Source: Nitrospirota bacterium (GTDB lineage: Bacteria; Nitrospirota; Nitrospiria; JACQBZ01). From it: a stretch of 64,000 nt of DNA. A program made the translations under genes and the position numbers. Below, piece after piece: positions 13,854-21,990 of the stretch. Numbering within the stretch: position 1 is the first letter of the stretch; each line of letters opens with the position of its first letter. The notes below the pieces were generated by a model. It saw only the letters and a list, made by a program, of their open reading frames with translations. It was not told the DNA's origin and ran no database searches. Location: contig JACQCA010000025.1 in assembly GCA_016201865.1 (NCBI GenBank), positions 3,551 to 67,550 on the forward strand, read 5' to 3'.

Positions 13854-14792
13854 ATGTCCCGGACGCCGCTCGGCAGACAAATGCAAACACTGCTCCGCCT
13901 TCTTCTCCGGGCGGCGTTGTCGGGATCCCGCTTCATTTCGAAATGGATCCCGCGTCCTCTGGGACTCCAACTGGGGAGCGGTCTCGGCTCGATGGCCTAT
14001 TTTTTCCTTTATAAGGAGCGCCGTCGGGCGCTTCATCATCTTCGATCGGCATTGGGAGGGGAACGGTCACCCGAAGACTGCCGCCGGATCGCCCTCGAGA
14101 GCTTTCGGAATTTAGGCAAAACCTTCTTTGAGGTCTTGACGCTGGACCGGTTGACGCGGGATGAGATCGACCGGCTTGTGCGGTTTGAAGGGGAGGAATC
14201 GCTCAAAGCGGCCGCAGCCCTCGGACGAGGCGTTATTTTTATCACGGGTCATATCGGCAACTGGGAGCTGTTGGCGATGGCGGTGGCCGCGCGTTATCCT
14301 CTGGCCGTGGTGGCCGCGCCGATTTATGATCCGCGCGTGGAGAAGATCATCGTCCGCCTTCGCGCCGCGCACGGCGTCGAAACGCTGATACGGAACAGTC
14401 CCGGATATTTAAGGCGGCTGATTGCGATGCTCCGAAGGGGAGGCGTGGCCGGCCTCTTAATCGACCAGGACACGAAAACAGAGGGTGTCTTTGTGCCGTT
14501 TTTTCACCGTGAGGCCTATACTCCGACGGGCGCCGCAAGCCTCGCCTTCCGCACCGGCGCCGCCGTGGTGGCAGGATTTATCTTGAGAGATTCAACGGAC
14601 CGGCATCGCGTGATCCTTCAGGGCCCTTTGACATTGACACGTTCCGGAGAAATGGAACAGGATATACGGAACGAAACCGCCCGGTTCACAAAGATGATCG
14701 AGAACCAAATCCGAAAAACGCCGGAACAATGGATATGGATGCATCGGCGGTGGCGGACGGAAAAGAACGATACGGAGGAATCATCCGCATGA
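13854..14792 (+). CDS. Lipid A biosynthesis (Kdo2-lipid IVA) late acyltransferase, LpxL/HtrB family
   Basis: FITGHIGNWELL...LIDQDT acyltransferase motifs. 312 aa. Confidence 0.75.
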   Translation: MSRTPLGRQMQTLLRLLLRAALSGSRFISKWIPRPLGLQLGSGLGSMAYFFLYKERRRALHHLRSALGGERSPEDCRRIALESFRNLGKTFFEVLTLDRLTRDEIDRLVRFEGEESLKAAAALGRGVIFITGHIGNWELLAMAVAARYPLAVVAAPIYDPRVEKIIVRLRAAHGVETLIRNSPGYLRRLIAMLRRGGVAGLLIDQDTKTEGVFVPFFHREAYTPTGAASLAFRTGAAVVAGFILRDSTDRHRVILQGPLTLTRSGEMEQDIRNETARFTKMIENQIRKTPEQWIWMHRRWRTEKNDTEESSA

Positions 14793-15337
14793 ACCTCCCC
14801 AATCTCATCACGCTGCTGCGCATCTTCATGATCCCCGTTTTCATCCTGGTGTTTCTGACGCCGACCGGGCCGCGTTCTCTGGGAGCCGCCGTGATCTTCC
14901 TGATCGCTTCCGCAACGGATCTCATGGACGGTTACCTGGCCCGCCGGTGGGGGCAGATCACGACGCTCGGCAAGTTTCTCGATCCGATCGCGGACAAGCT
15001 TCTCGTCCTAACAGCCCTGGTCATGCTGGTGGATTTTCACCGCGCTTCTTCCTGGATCGTGATCGTCATCACCGGCCGTGAGGTGGCCGTCACCGGACTC
15101 CGGGCCATCGCCTCATCGGAGGGAATCGTGATCGCCGCGGACGAGGCCGGTAAATACAAAATGGCGATCCAGACGATTTCAATCGTGCTTTTGATTCTCG
15201 GATATACGATCGGGCGCATCAATTTCCATGTTTGGGGAACCTTTCTGCTCTGGATTTCCATGATTCTGTCGGTTCTCTCCGGGATTCAATATTTCATGAA
15301 GTTTTGGGACCGGATCGGGCTCAAAGGACTCCGATGA
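14789..15337 (+). CDS. pgsA: CDP-diacylglycerol--glycerol-3-phosphate 3-phosphatidyltransferase
   Basis: MNLPNLITLLRIF...DLMDGYLARRWGQITTLGKFLDPIADK (CDP-alcohol phosphatidyltransferase motif). ATGA overlap with the upstream gene. Confidence 0.85.
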   Translation: MNLPNLITLLRIFMIPVFILVFLTPTGPRSLGAAVIFLIASATDLMDGYLARRWGQITTLGKFLDPIADKLLVLTALVMLVDFHRASSWIVIVITGREVAVTGLRAIASSEGIVIAADEAGKYKMAIQTISIVLLILGYTIGRINFHVWGTFLLWISMILSVLSGIQYFMKFWDRIGLKGLR

Positions 15338-15939
15338 GCCTGCCTCAGGGAATCGTTATTTCCACGATCCTCCTGATGGGGTACCTGGCCGGCTCGATCC
15401 CGTTCGGTGTGATCTTTTCTCGATGGATGGCCGGAGTCGATCCGCGGGAGGGCGGGAGCCGGAGCATCGGCTTCACAAACGTTTTAAGGATGGCCGGCCG
15501 CGGATCCGCGATCTTGACATTGTTAGGGGACCTCGGCAAGGGCTATCTGTCCGTGCGATTTGCGCAGCAGTTCTCGGTGGAAGAGCCATGGATCTGGTTG
15601 ACCGGCTTGGCGTCGGTGTTGGGACACAACCATCCGGTCTTTCTCGGTTTCAAAGGCGGCAAGGGCGTCGCCACCGGTCTGGGCGTTCTGTACGGCATTG
15701 AGCCGTTGCTGGGCTGGATCACGGTCGCGATCTGGGGCCTCGTCGTCTGGCAATCGCGGTATTCCTCGCTGGGCGCGATCGCGGCGTTCGGGTCTTTACC
15801 GGTTCTGATGATATGGTTTCGTCCCGTTCCATCCGCCGTTGTTTTCTCATTGATATTAACCGCAATGATCTTAATGAGACACACGGCCAACATCAAACGT
15901 CTGCTGTCGGGAACGGAGCCCAAGGTCGGTCGGCCATGA
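15334..15939 (+). CDS. plsY: Glycerol-3-phosphate acyltransferase PlsY
   Basis: LAGSIPFGVIFSRW...GSRSIGFTNVLR...FKGGKGVATG. ATGA overlap with pgsA. Confidence 0.9.
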   Translation: MSLPQGIVISTILLMGYLAGSIPFGVIFSRWMAGVDPREGGSRSIGFTNVLRMAGRGSAILTLLGDLGKGYLSVRFAQQFSVEEPWIWLTGLASVLGHNHPVFLGFKGGKGVATGLGVLYGIEPLLGWITVAIWGLVVWQSRYSSLGAIAAFGSLPVLMIWFRPVPSAVVFSLILTAMILMRHTANIKRLLSGTEPKVGRP

Positions 15940-17810
15940 AGAAAAGCGGTCCTCCCATCCATGTCGGGTTACGGTGGTTCCTCATCGCGTTTCTGATTTC
16001 GGCGCTGCCGGCGCAAGCGACCGAGATGTCGTCCACGACCTCTTTCTCGGCCGGACCGTTCCCCTCCTGGATCGAAGCGGCTTGGATCGAATACAAGACG
16101 CAATACTCATCCGGACAGGTCAATGAAGCCGCCGGGACACTGGATCGGATCCGGACGAAAGCGGCCGAAAAGGGTTTTGAGAGACTTGACCTTTTGTCCG
16201 CGGTCATGATCCGGGAAGGAGAAGAGGCCCTCTCGAAAAAAAAGCCGGATGAGGCGGTCGAACTGGGAACGGCGGCGCAACGATGGTCTCCGGGCGATCC
16301 GAACGCTTCCTTCTTTCTCGCAAAGGCCCTAACGTATCAACATCCATTTAAACCTTACGCGGCCATCCGCGCCTATCTGGAAGGGCTCTCGGCCGCAGCG
16401 CATGATTTCTGGTTCTCATTTTATATTCTGGGGCGGTCGGTTGTGATTTTTGGGGTCGGCTTCATCGGCAGCTTCATCGTCTTTTATGTTTTTCTACTGA
16501 TCCGTTACCTTCCTCTACTGGTCCACGGTCTCGAAGAGCGGGGTTCGGCTGTTCTGAACCGGCCGGCCGCCTGGATCTCGGCGACGACCCTCCTTTTCAT
16601 ACCCTTATCATTCGGCGCCGGCGCGGGTTTTGCGCTGCTGGCGGGGATTTGTCTGTTTTGGTTGTTCATGACGAAGAACGAACGCCGCGTGTCGGCCTCA
16701 TTCGTCGCCGCATGGAGCCTGGCCGTCCTCTGGCTGCCCATGACCTTGTCCTGGTTTACGGCGGATCAATCAACCGAGTTGATGCTGTTGACCCAAGTGT
16801 TCCATGGAGACGCGGCGGCGACCGCGACGGCCCGTTCAATGGAGACGCAGGGTGGAAAGGATCAGAGTTGGCCCGTTCTGTTTTCGCTGGCCCTTCAGAA
16901 AAAACGCGAGGAAAATTTTGATGACGCCATGGAACGATATTTACAACTCGAGAAGCTTGAGCCGGACCGGTCCATCATCCTGAACAACATCGGGAATATC
17001 TATTTCGCGCTGAAGGACTACGATCAGGCCGCCGCATTCTACAAAAAATCTTTTGCACAAAATCATCAGGATGCGACCAGCCATTACAATCTCAACCTGA
17101 TCTATCGTGAAATGCTTCGATTCGAAGAGGCGAAACAGGAATATGAAACGGCCCAACAAATCAATCTGCCGTTGATTCAATCGTATCAAGGTGAAAAACC
17201 GGTCGATGAACTCTTCCCGGAGACGGTTCTCTGGAAAACGGCCTTCACAGGCTCGCCTGTAAAAGAAGCGCTTTCTCGGGAACTTTTTAAAAGCGTGTGG
17301 AAGCCGCTGCCTCTGAATGCGTCGCCGATGCTTCTGATCTTCCTCATGGGCGGAGTATTCGTGATACGGTGGGTGTCGTCTCGAAAGTACACCGCAACCG
17401 TTTGCGCCGTCTGTGGGCAACCCATCTGTTTTCATTGTCAAAGGAGAGTATTCGATCTGAAAATATGCGCCATCTGCTGGAGCAGTTTTAAGAATATCAA
17501 ACGCAAGTCGGATATCCGACAAATCAGGTACCGCCGACGATGGCTTCTTCGGACGGCACGGATGCTTTCGGCCTTTTTCCCCGGAACCGGTCACCTTTAT
17601 ATCGGACGGGGAGCGAGCGGATTCATCTTTTCAACCCTTTTTCTGGGAATGGTTTGCGTGGTGTTTTTCCAAAACGCTTTTTTCAGGATGCCGGGGGAAT
17701 ACGGAAGCATTTTAGGTCCCGGCAGCGGCGCGGTGATCGTGTCCGTGTTGCTTGTTTTATATATTCAAGTCTTCCGCAGTCTCGGCAAAGCATCGGATGA
17801 GCGGTCGTAA
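15936..17810 (+). CDS. Polytopic membrane protein with signal peptide, TPR repeats and a Cys4 motif (CAVCGQPICFHC...CAICW). Function unknown
   Basis: Signal peptide MKKSGPPIHVGLRWFLIAFLISALPAQA. More than 8 hydrophobic helices. TPR (NIGNIYFALKDYDQAAAFYKKSF...). ATGA overlap with plsY. Confidence 0.6.
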   Translation: MKKSGPPIHVGLRWFLIAFLISALPAQATEMSSTTSFSAGPFPSWIEAAWIEYKTQYSSGQVNEAAGTLDRIRTKAAEKGFERLDLLSAVMIREGEEALSKKKPDEAVELGTAAQRWSPGDPNASFFLAKALTYQHPFKPYAAIRAYLEGLSAAAHDFWFSFYILGRSVVIFGVGFIGSFIVFYVFLLIRYLPLLVHGLEERGSAVLNRPAAWISATTLLFIPLSFGAGAGFALLAGICLFWLFMTKNERRVSASFVAAWSLAVLWLPMTLSWFTADQSTELMLLTQVFHGDAAATATARSMETQGGKDQSWPVLFSLALQKKREENFDDAMERYLQLEKLEPDRSIILNNIGNIYFALKDYDQAAAFYKKSFAQNHQDATSHYNLNLIYREMLRFEEAKQEYETAQQINLPLIQSYQGEKPVDELFPETVLWKTAFTGSPVKEALSRELFKSVWKPLPLNASPMLLIFLMGGVFVIRWVSSRKYTATVCAVCGQPICFHCQRRVFDLKICAICWSSFKNIKRKSDIRQIRYRRRWLLRTARMLSAFFPGTGHLYIGRGASGFIFSTLFLGMVCVVFFQNAFFRMPGEYGSILGPGSGAVIVSVLLVLYIQVFRSLGKASDERS

Positions 17811-17825
17811 AAAAAGGGGAAGTGG

Positions 17826-18965
17826 ATGGCATTAGAAGGCTCACTAAAGGATTTCGGTCTGGCCGATATTCTTCAATTGATCGGTCTCCAGAAAAAGACC
17901 GGGGTATTGACAATGAAGAATCCATCGACCGAGGCAAAGGTCCTGTTCGAAAACGGTTCCGTGGTTCTGGCGGACACGGCCCAACTTAAAGGGCTGGAGA
18001 AAATCGGCGAGGTTTTAGTTCGGGTCGGACTTATCTCTCAAGATCAACTCAAACAGGCTATTGCTAAACAGCGGTATAGTCACAAAAAAATAGGGATCAT
18101 TCTTGTCGAAATGGGGGCCCTTAAAAAGGAAGATCTGGTCAAGGCGCTTGGACTTCGCGTTAAAGAGACGGTCCTGAGCCTGTTTAAATGGAAAGAGGGC
18201 CGGTATCGTTTTGAGGCTTCCGAGGTCGAGTATGAGCGCGACTACTGTCCTCTCATGAACACCGAATTTATTATCATGGAGGGAGTCCGGCAATTGGATG
18301 AATGGCCGTATATCAAGAAAATCATTCCGAACCTCGATCTGATTTTCGGCAATAACAGCGACCATACGGAAAAGGCCGTACAGATCAAGGCTTCACAGGT
18401 GTCCGTCGACGATCTGAACGAGAAGATTCAAATCACGCAGGATGAGATGAGCGTTTACCGACTTGTGGACGGACAAAAAAATGTCCGAGACCTCATCGAA
18501 CTGAGCCAGTTGGGTGAATTTGAAACATGCAAGGCATTAAGCAGCCTGTTGACGGTCGGTCTGATTCTGCAGAAGCCCATTGCGGAAATGCCGATAACGG
18601 AACCGGAGAAGCCCATCGGTATGGAATTAAAGCGACTCCGGTTTACCGGTCAACTTATTTATAATGGATTGATTATCGCAGTATGCCTTATCCTGCTCGG
18701 TCTTGGCATTAAAAACATGACTTATGAAATCCCTGCAACCGTCTATTTAATAAAGCAATACCATGACCTGAGGGTTCAGAACCGGTTGATGCAGATCCGT
18801 TTCTCGATTGAGACTTACTATTATCGGAATAATCGGCTGCCGGAATCATTGGAAAAGCTTTTTCAAGAAGGTTATATTCACAACGGAGTCGGGGAGTTTT
18901 CTTATGAACCCCACCCTGACTCGTCTACGTTTGATCTTCAACTAAAGGCAAGACAGAATAACTAA
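17826..18965 (+). CDS. DUF4388-domain protein with a C-terminal TM helix and a pseudopilin-like tail
   Basis: N-terminus GSLKDFGLADILQLIGLQKKTGVLT (DUF4388/PATAN-type motif). TM LIYNGLIIAVCLILLGLGI. Lower GC than flanks. Confidence 0.6.
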   Translation: MALEGSLKDFGLADILQLIGLQKKTGVLTMKNPSTEAKVLFENGSVVLADTAQLKGLEKIGEVLVRVGLISQDQLKQAIAKQRYSHKKIGIILVEMGALKKEDLVKALGLRVKETVLSLFKWKEGRYRFEASEVEYERDYCPLMNTEFIIMEGVRQLDEWPYIKKIIPNLDLIFGNNSDHTEKAVQIKASQVSVDDLNEKIQITQDEMSVYRLVDGQKNVRDLIELSQLGEFETCKALSSLLTVGLILQKPIAEMPITEPEKPIGMELKRLRFTGQLIYNGLIIAVCLILLGLGIKNMTYEIPATVYLIKQYHDLRVQNRLMQIRFSIETYYYRNNRLPESLEKLFQEGYIHNGVGEFSYEPHPDSSTFDLQLKARQNN

Positions 18966-18994
18966 AAGTTTACATAATATTCATTATCAGACAC

Positions 18995-19597
18995 ATGCTT
19001 GAGGAAAAGGGGCCTGAAAGAATGAGGCAGGGTGACTTTGAAACATTCGGCCAATGGCTCTTAAACCGGATGGAAACCGTTCGGTTATCCCAAAATCAGT
19101 TCGCATCCTATTTGGGACATTCGGACGGTCTGTATGCAAAACGGCTCTGTAATGATGAAACGCGCCTCCAGATGAAGGACTGGCCGATCGTGGCAAAGCT
19201 TTTGCAATTAAGGCTCGATGAATTTTTAATCGTGCTTGAGTATTTTCATCCGAATTGGGTGATGGAATATGATGCATTTATTTCCAACTGTCTACGTTAT
19301 CTATTATGGCGTGTCGAACAGGACCAACAACACGATCTCCCCTTGCCGGAGTTTTTATTGACCGTCACGTTGGATGAAGTCATCGAACCGGCCTGCATCA
19401 GTCGATTCGATTCGACCGAGGATCAGCGGAAGATTGATCGAAGAACGACCCAAAGCGCTCCGGCAGAAGACAAGCGCGGGAAACCACGCCGGTTGACCGA
19501 TCTGGTCCGCTATCTTAAAAACCAACTCGGGGGTATTGCGCTGTTCCCCTTGTTCGCCTCCGGTTTATTCCTGATGCATGGATGGAGTCTTTCATGA
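18995..19597 (+). CDS. Hypothetical protein with an XRE-like HTH near the N-terminus
   Basis: FGQWLLNRMETVRLSQNQFASYLGHS helix-turn-helix-like segment. Start may be the internal MRQGDFE. Confidence 0.45.
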   Translation: MLEEKGPERMRQGDFETFGQWLLNRMETVRLSQNQFASYLGHSDGLYAKRLCNDETRLQMKDWPIVAKLLQLRLDEFLIVLEYFHPNWVMEYDAFISNCLRYLLWRVEQDQQHDLPLPEFLLTVTLDEVIEPACISRFDSTEDQRKIDRRTTQSAPAEDKRGKPRRLTDLVRYLKNQLGGIALFPLFASGLFLMHGWSLS

Positions 19598-20181
19598 AGT
19601 TCATGCAACCTTTCCGTCGAGAAATCGGCATCGTATGGGCGGGGCTTGAGAAAGTTGTCGTTTCGGCCGCCGAACAGACCACAAGGCAGGTTGAGATCGC
19701 TCGGTTGTCCTTTGGGATCCATGAATATGAACGTCAATTGGACAACATCTTCGAAAGGATGGGACGATTCTTATACGAGTGTCAAGCGAAAGAGATCAAT
19801 GCCGTTGCGGATGACTCGATCTGCCGATCGTCCCTTTCTGAATATAAACGTCTTCAGAACGAACTCAAGTTGATCGAACGCAGGCGGTATGATCTCAAGG
19901 AAGAGAATGTCGCCGCGCAATGGGCGGAATTCATCGAGTCGGTTCATCGAAGCGGCATGACTCTTGACTCTGTCATCCTCCCGTTTCATCTGAAACCTTC
20001 CACGATCACGTTGCAGGAACTCGCATTGCCTACGGGCATTCTCGTGATCGCGATCCAGCGGAAGGAACGATTCATTCAACCGCATGGAACGGTCATGCTC
20101 AATCGCGGCGACCGATTGACGTTGCTTGGTCCTCCGCAACAGATGATCCAGGTTATGGAGCGATTTTCATCAACGCGCTGA
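19582..20181 (+). CDS. Coiled-coil protein with a C-terminal TrkA-C (RCK_C) domain
   Basis: C-terminus LQELALPTGILVIAIQRKERFIQPHGTVMLNRGDRLTLLGPPQQM matches the TrkA-C fold. Overlaps the previous ORF by 16 nt. Confidence 0.5.
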   Translation: MESFMKFMQPFRREIGIVWAGLEKVVVSAAEQTTRQVEIARLSFGIHEYERQLDNIFERMGRFLYECQAKEINAVADDSICRSSLSEYKRLQNELKLIERRRYDLKEENVAAQWAEFIESVHRSGMTLDSVILPFHLKPSTITLQELALPTGILVIAIQRKERFIQPHGTVMLNRGDRLTLLGPPQQMIQVMERFSSTR

Positions 20182-20489
20182 TGGAGAAGCGCCATCGAGT
20201 TTCCACAATTCTTGTGGAAAAACTGTGGTTAACCCTGTGAATATACCCGATGAAGGCTTGATCCATGCGGGTTCGCACAGATTGCATAAAAATTGTGCAG
20301 TGAAACCGTCATGAAATTGAACGCTTCCGAATCTTCGCTTCGATTGTTTCAAATCGAATCATTTCGCCGCTTGTATTTTTATGGTGCATTTGATAAACTT
20401 ATACCATATATTGACGTTGTCCCGTTTATTGGGAAAACGCGCCGCATGTTTTGATGACGTCCTGTTTTATTACGATGAGGAGGAATCGT

Positions 20490-21878
20490 ATGCGTAGTTC
20501 AAAAATTTCAGCAGATCTTTTTATGATTCCGGTGATGATCGTCGCTGTGATGATCCTGTCGATCCCGGCTTCTTCGGCGCCGGTCGTCGCAAAAGACACC
20601 GCCGGAATGAAAGCGATCCAGGAACTGGAAAATATTTTTGTGGACATTGCGGATCGGGTCAAACCGGCCGTCGTCAATATCTCGCCGGCCACCCATCCCA
20701 CGGCGAAACCGGGTGAATCGCCCCGAGGGCGTCCCCCGGAATCGGGATCCGGTTCCGGTGTGATTATCGATAAGAAAGGATATATCGTCACTAACAATCA
20801 CGTAGTGGGCGAAGCCGCCGACGTGGAGGTGCGATTATCGGATAAAAGCCATTTCACCGGAAAGGTGATCGGTAAAGATCCGGATACCGATGTGGCCGTG
20901 GTCAAGGTCGAGACCGACCATGATCTCCCCTTCGTGACGCTCGGCGATTCCAGCTCGGTCAAGGTTGGGCAGTGGGTGATTGCGGTCGGAAATCCGTTCG
21001 GCCTGGACCGCACCGTGACGGTGGGGGTCGTCAGCGCACTGGGACGGGAAAATGTAAACCTTTCCCGATATGAGGATTTCATTCAGACCGACGCCTCGAT
21101 CAATCCCGGAAACAGCGGCGGTCCGCTCTTTAATCTGAACGGAGAAGCGATCGGGATCAACACCGCAATTATCAATTTCGCTCAGGGAATCGGATTCGCG
21201 ATTCCTTCCAACATGGTTCAGAACGTGGTCAATCAGTTAATCTCCAAAGGAAAGGTGGTCCGCGGTTGGTTGGGCGTGGGCATTCAACCGGTGACGGCCG
21301 ATCTGGCCTCCAAGTTCAATGTCAAAGAGGAAGAGGGTGTTCTGGTCAACGAGGTTTTTGAGGGCGATCCCGCCTCGAAGGCCGGGATGCAACCGGGCGA
21401 CATCATCATTAAACTGGAAGGGAAGACGGTCGACACCCCTCAAACCCTTTCGCGATTGATCGCATCGATCCCGCCCGGAAAGGATGCGGCGTTTGAAATC
21501 ATCCGGGACGGCAAACGCAAAAATCTAAGCGTGAAACTGGGCGAACGGAAGGAAGAGGCCGTGACGGCCTCGATTCCGAAGCAACCCGAAATGGTTTTAG
21601 GTCTAAGTATTCAGGATCTGACGCCGGAACTGGCCGACCGCTTGAAGCTCAAAGAGGAAAAAGGCGTCCTGGTGACCAAGGTCGAGCCCGGCAGCGCGGC
21701 CGATTCGGAGGGCATCAAGGAAGGCGATCTGATTAAAGAGGTCAACCGCAACAAGGTCGACAACTCCGACGATTTCAAGAACGCGATCGGAAGGATCAAG
21801 AAGGGCGAAAGCGTTCTGATCCGGATCATCCGTGAGAATCGCGCCTTCTACGTCGTGCTTAAAACGCAGTCTGAATAA
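20490..21878 (+). CDS. htrA: Periplasmic serine endoprotease DegP/HtrA family with two PDZ domains
   Basis: Signal peptide. Catalytic TNNHVV, D, GNSGGPL. Two PDZ domains. RBS GAGGAGG upstream of the ATG at 20490. Confidence 0.92.
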   Translation: MRSSKISADLFMIPVMIVAVMILSIPASSAPVVAKDTAGMKAIQELENIFVDIADRVKPAVVNISPATHPTAKPGESPRGRPPESGSGSGVIIDKKGYIVTNNHVVGEAADVEVRLSDKSHFTGKVIGKDPDTDVAVVKVETDHDLPFVTLGDSSSVKVGQWVIAVGNPFGLDRTVTVGVVSALGRENVNLSRYEDFIQTDASINPGNSGGPLFNLNGEAIGINTAIINFAQGIGFAIPSNMVQNVVNQLISKGKVVRGWLGVGIQPVTADLASKFNVKEEEGVLVNEVFEGDPASKAGMQPGDIIIKLEGKTVDTPQTLSRLIASIPPGKDAAFEIIRDGKRKNLSVKLGERKEEAVTASIPKQPEMVLGLSIQDLTPELADRLKLKEEKGVLVTKVEPGSAADSEGIKEGDLIKEVNRNKVDNSDDFKNAIGRIKKGESVLIRIIRENRAFYVVLKTQSE

Positions 21879-21892
21879 AACCTGCATCTCTT

Positions 21893-21936
21893 TCCAAAAA
21901 GGCCCCGTTCAGATCCGTGAACGGGGCCTTTTTATT
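21893..21936 (+). terminator. Rho-independent terminator after htrA
   Basis: GGCCCCGTTC-8nt loop-GAACGGGGCC followed by TTTTTATTT. Confidence 0.7.
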
Positions 21937-21955
21937 TATAAACATAAAGCTAATC

Positions 21956-21984
21956 TTGGCAGGCCGAATGGTCTGTGATATGAT
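21956..21984 (+). promoter_or_regulatory. Sigma70-type promoter with extended -10 (TTGGCA-17nt-TGaTATGAT) ending 6 nt before the ATG of the giant gene. Predicts a leaderless or near-leaderless mRNA
   Basis: TTGGCA 21956-21961, TGa 21976-78, TATGAT 21979-21984, ATG at 21991, no Shine-Dalgarno in between. Confidence 0.5.
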
Positions 21985-21990
21985 GGGCGC

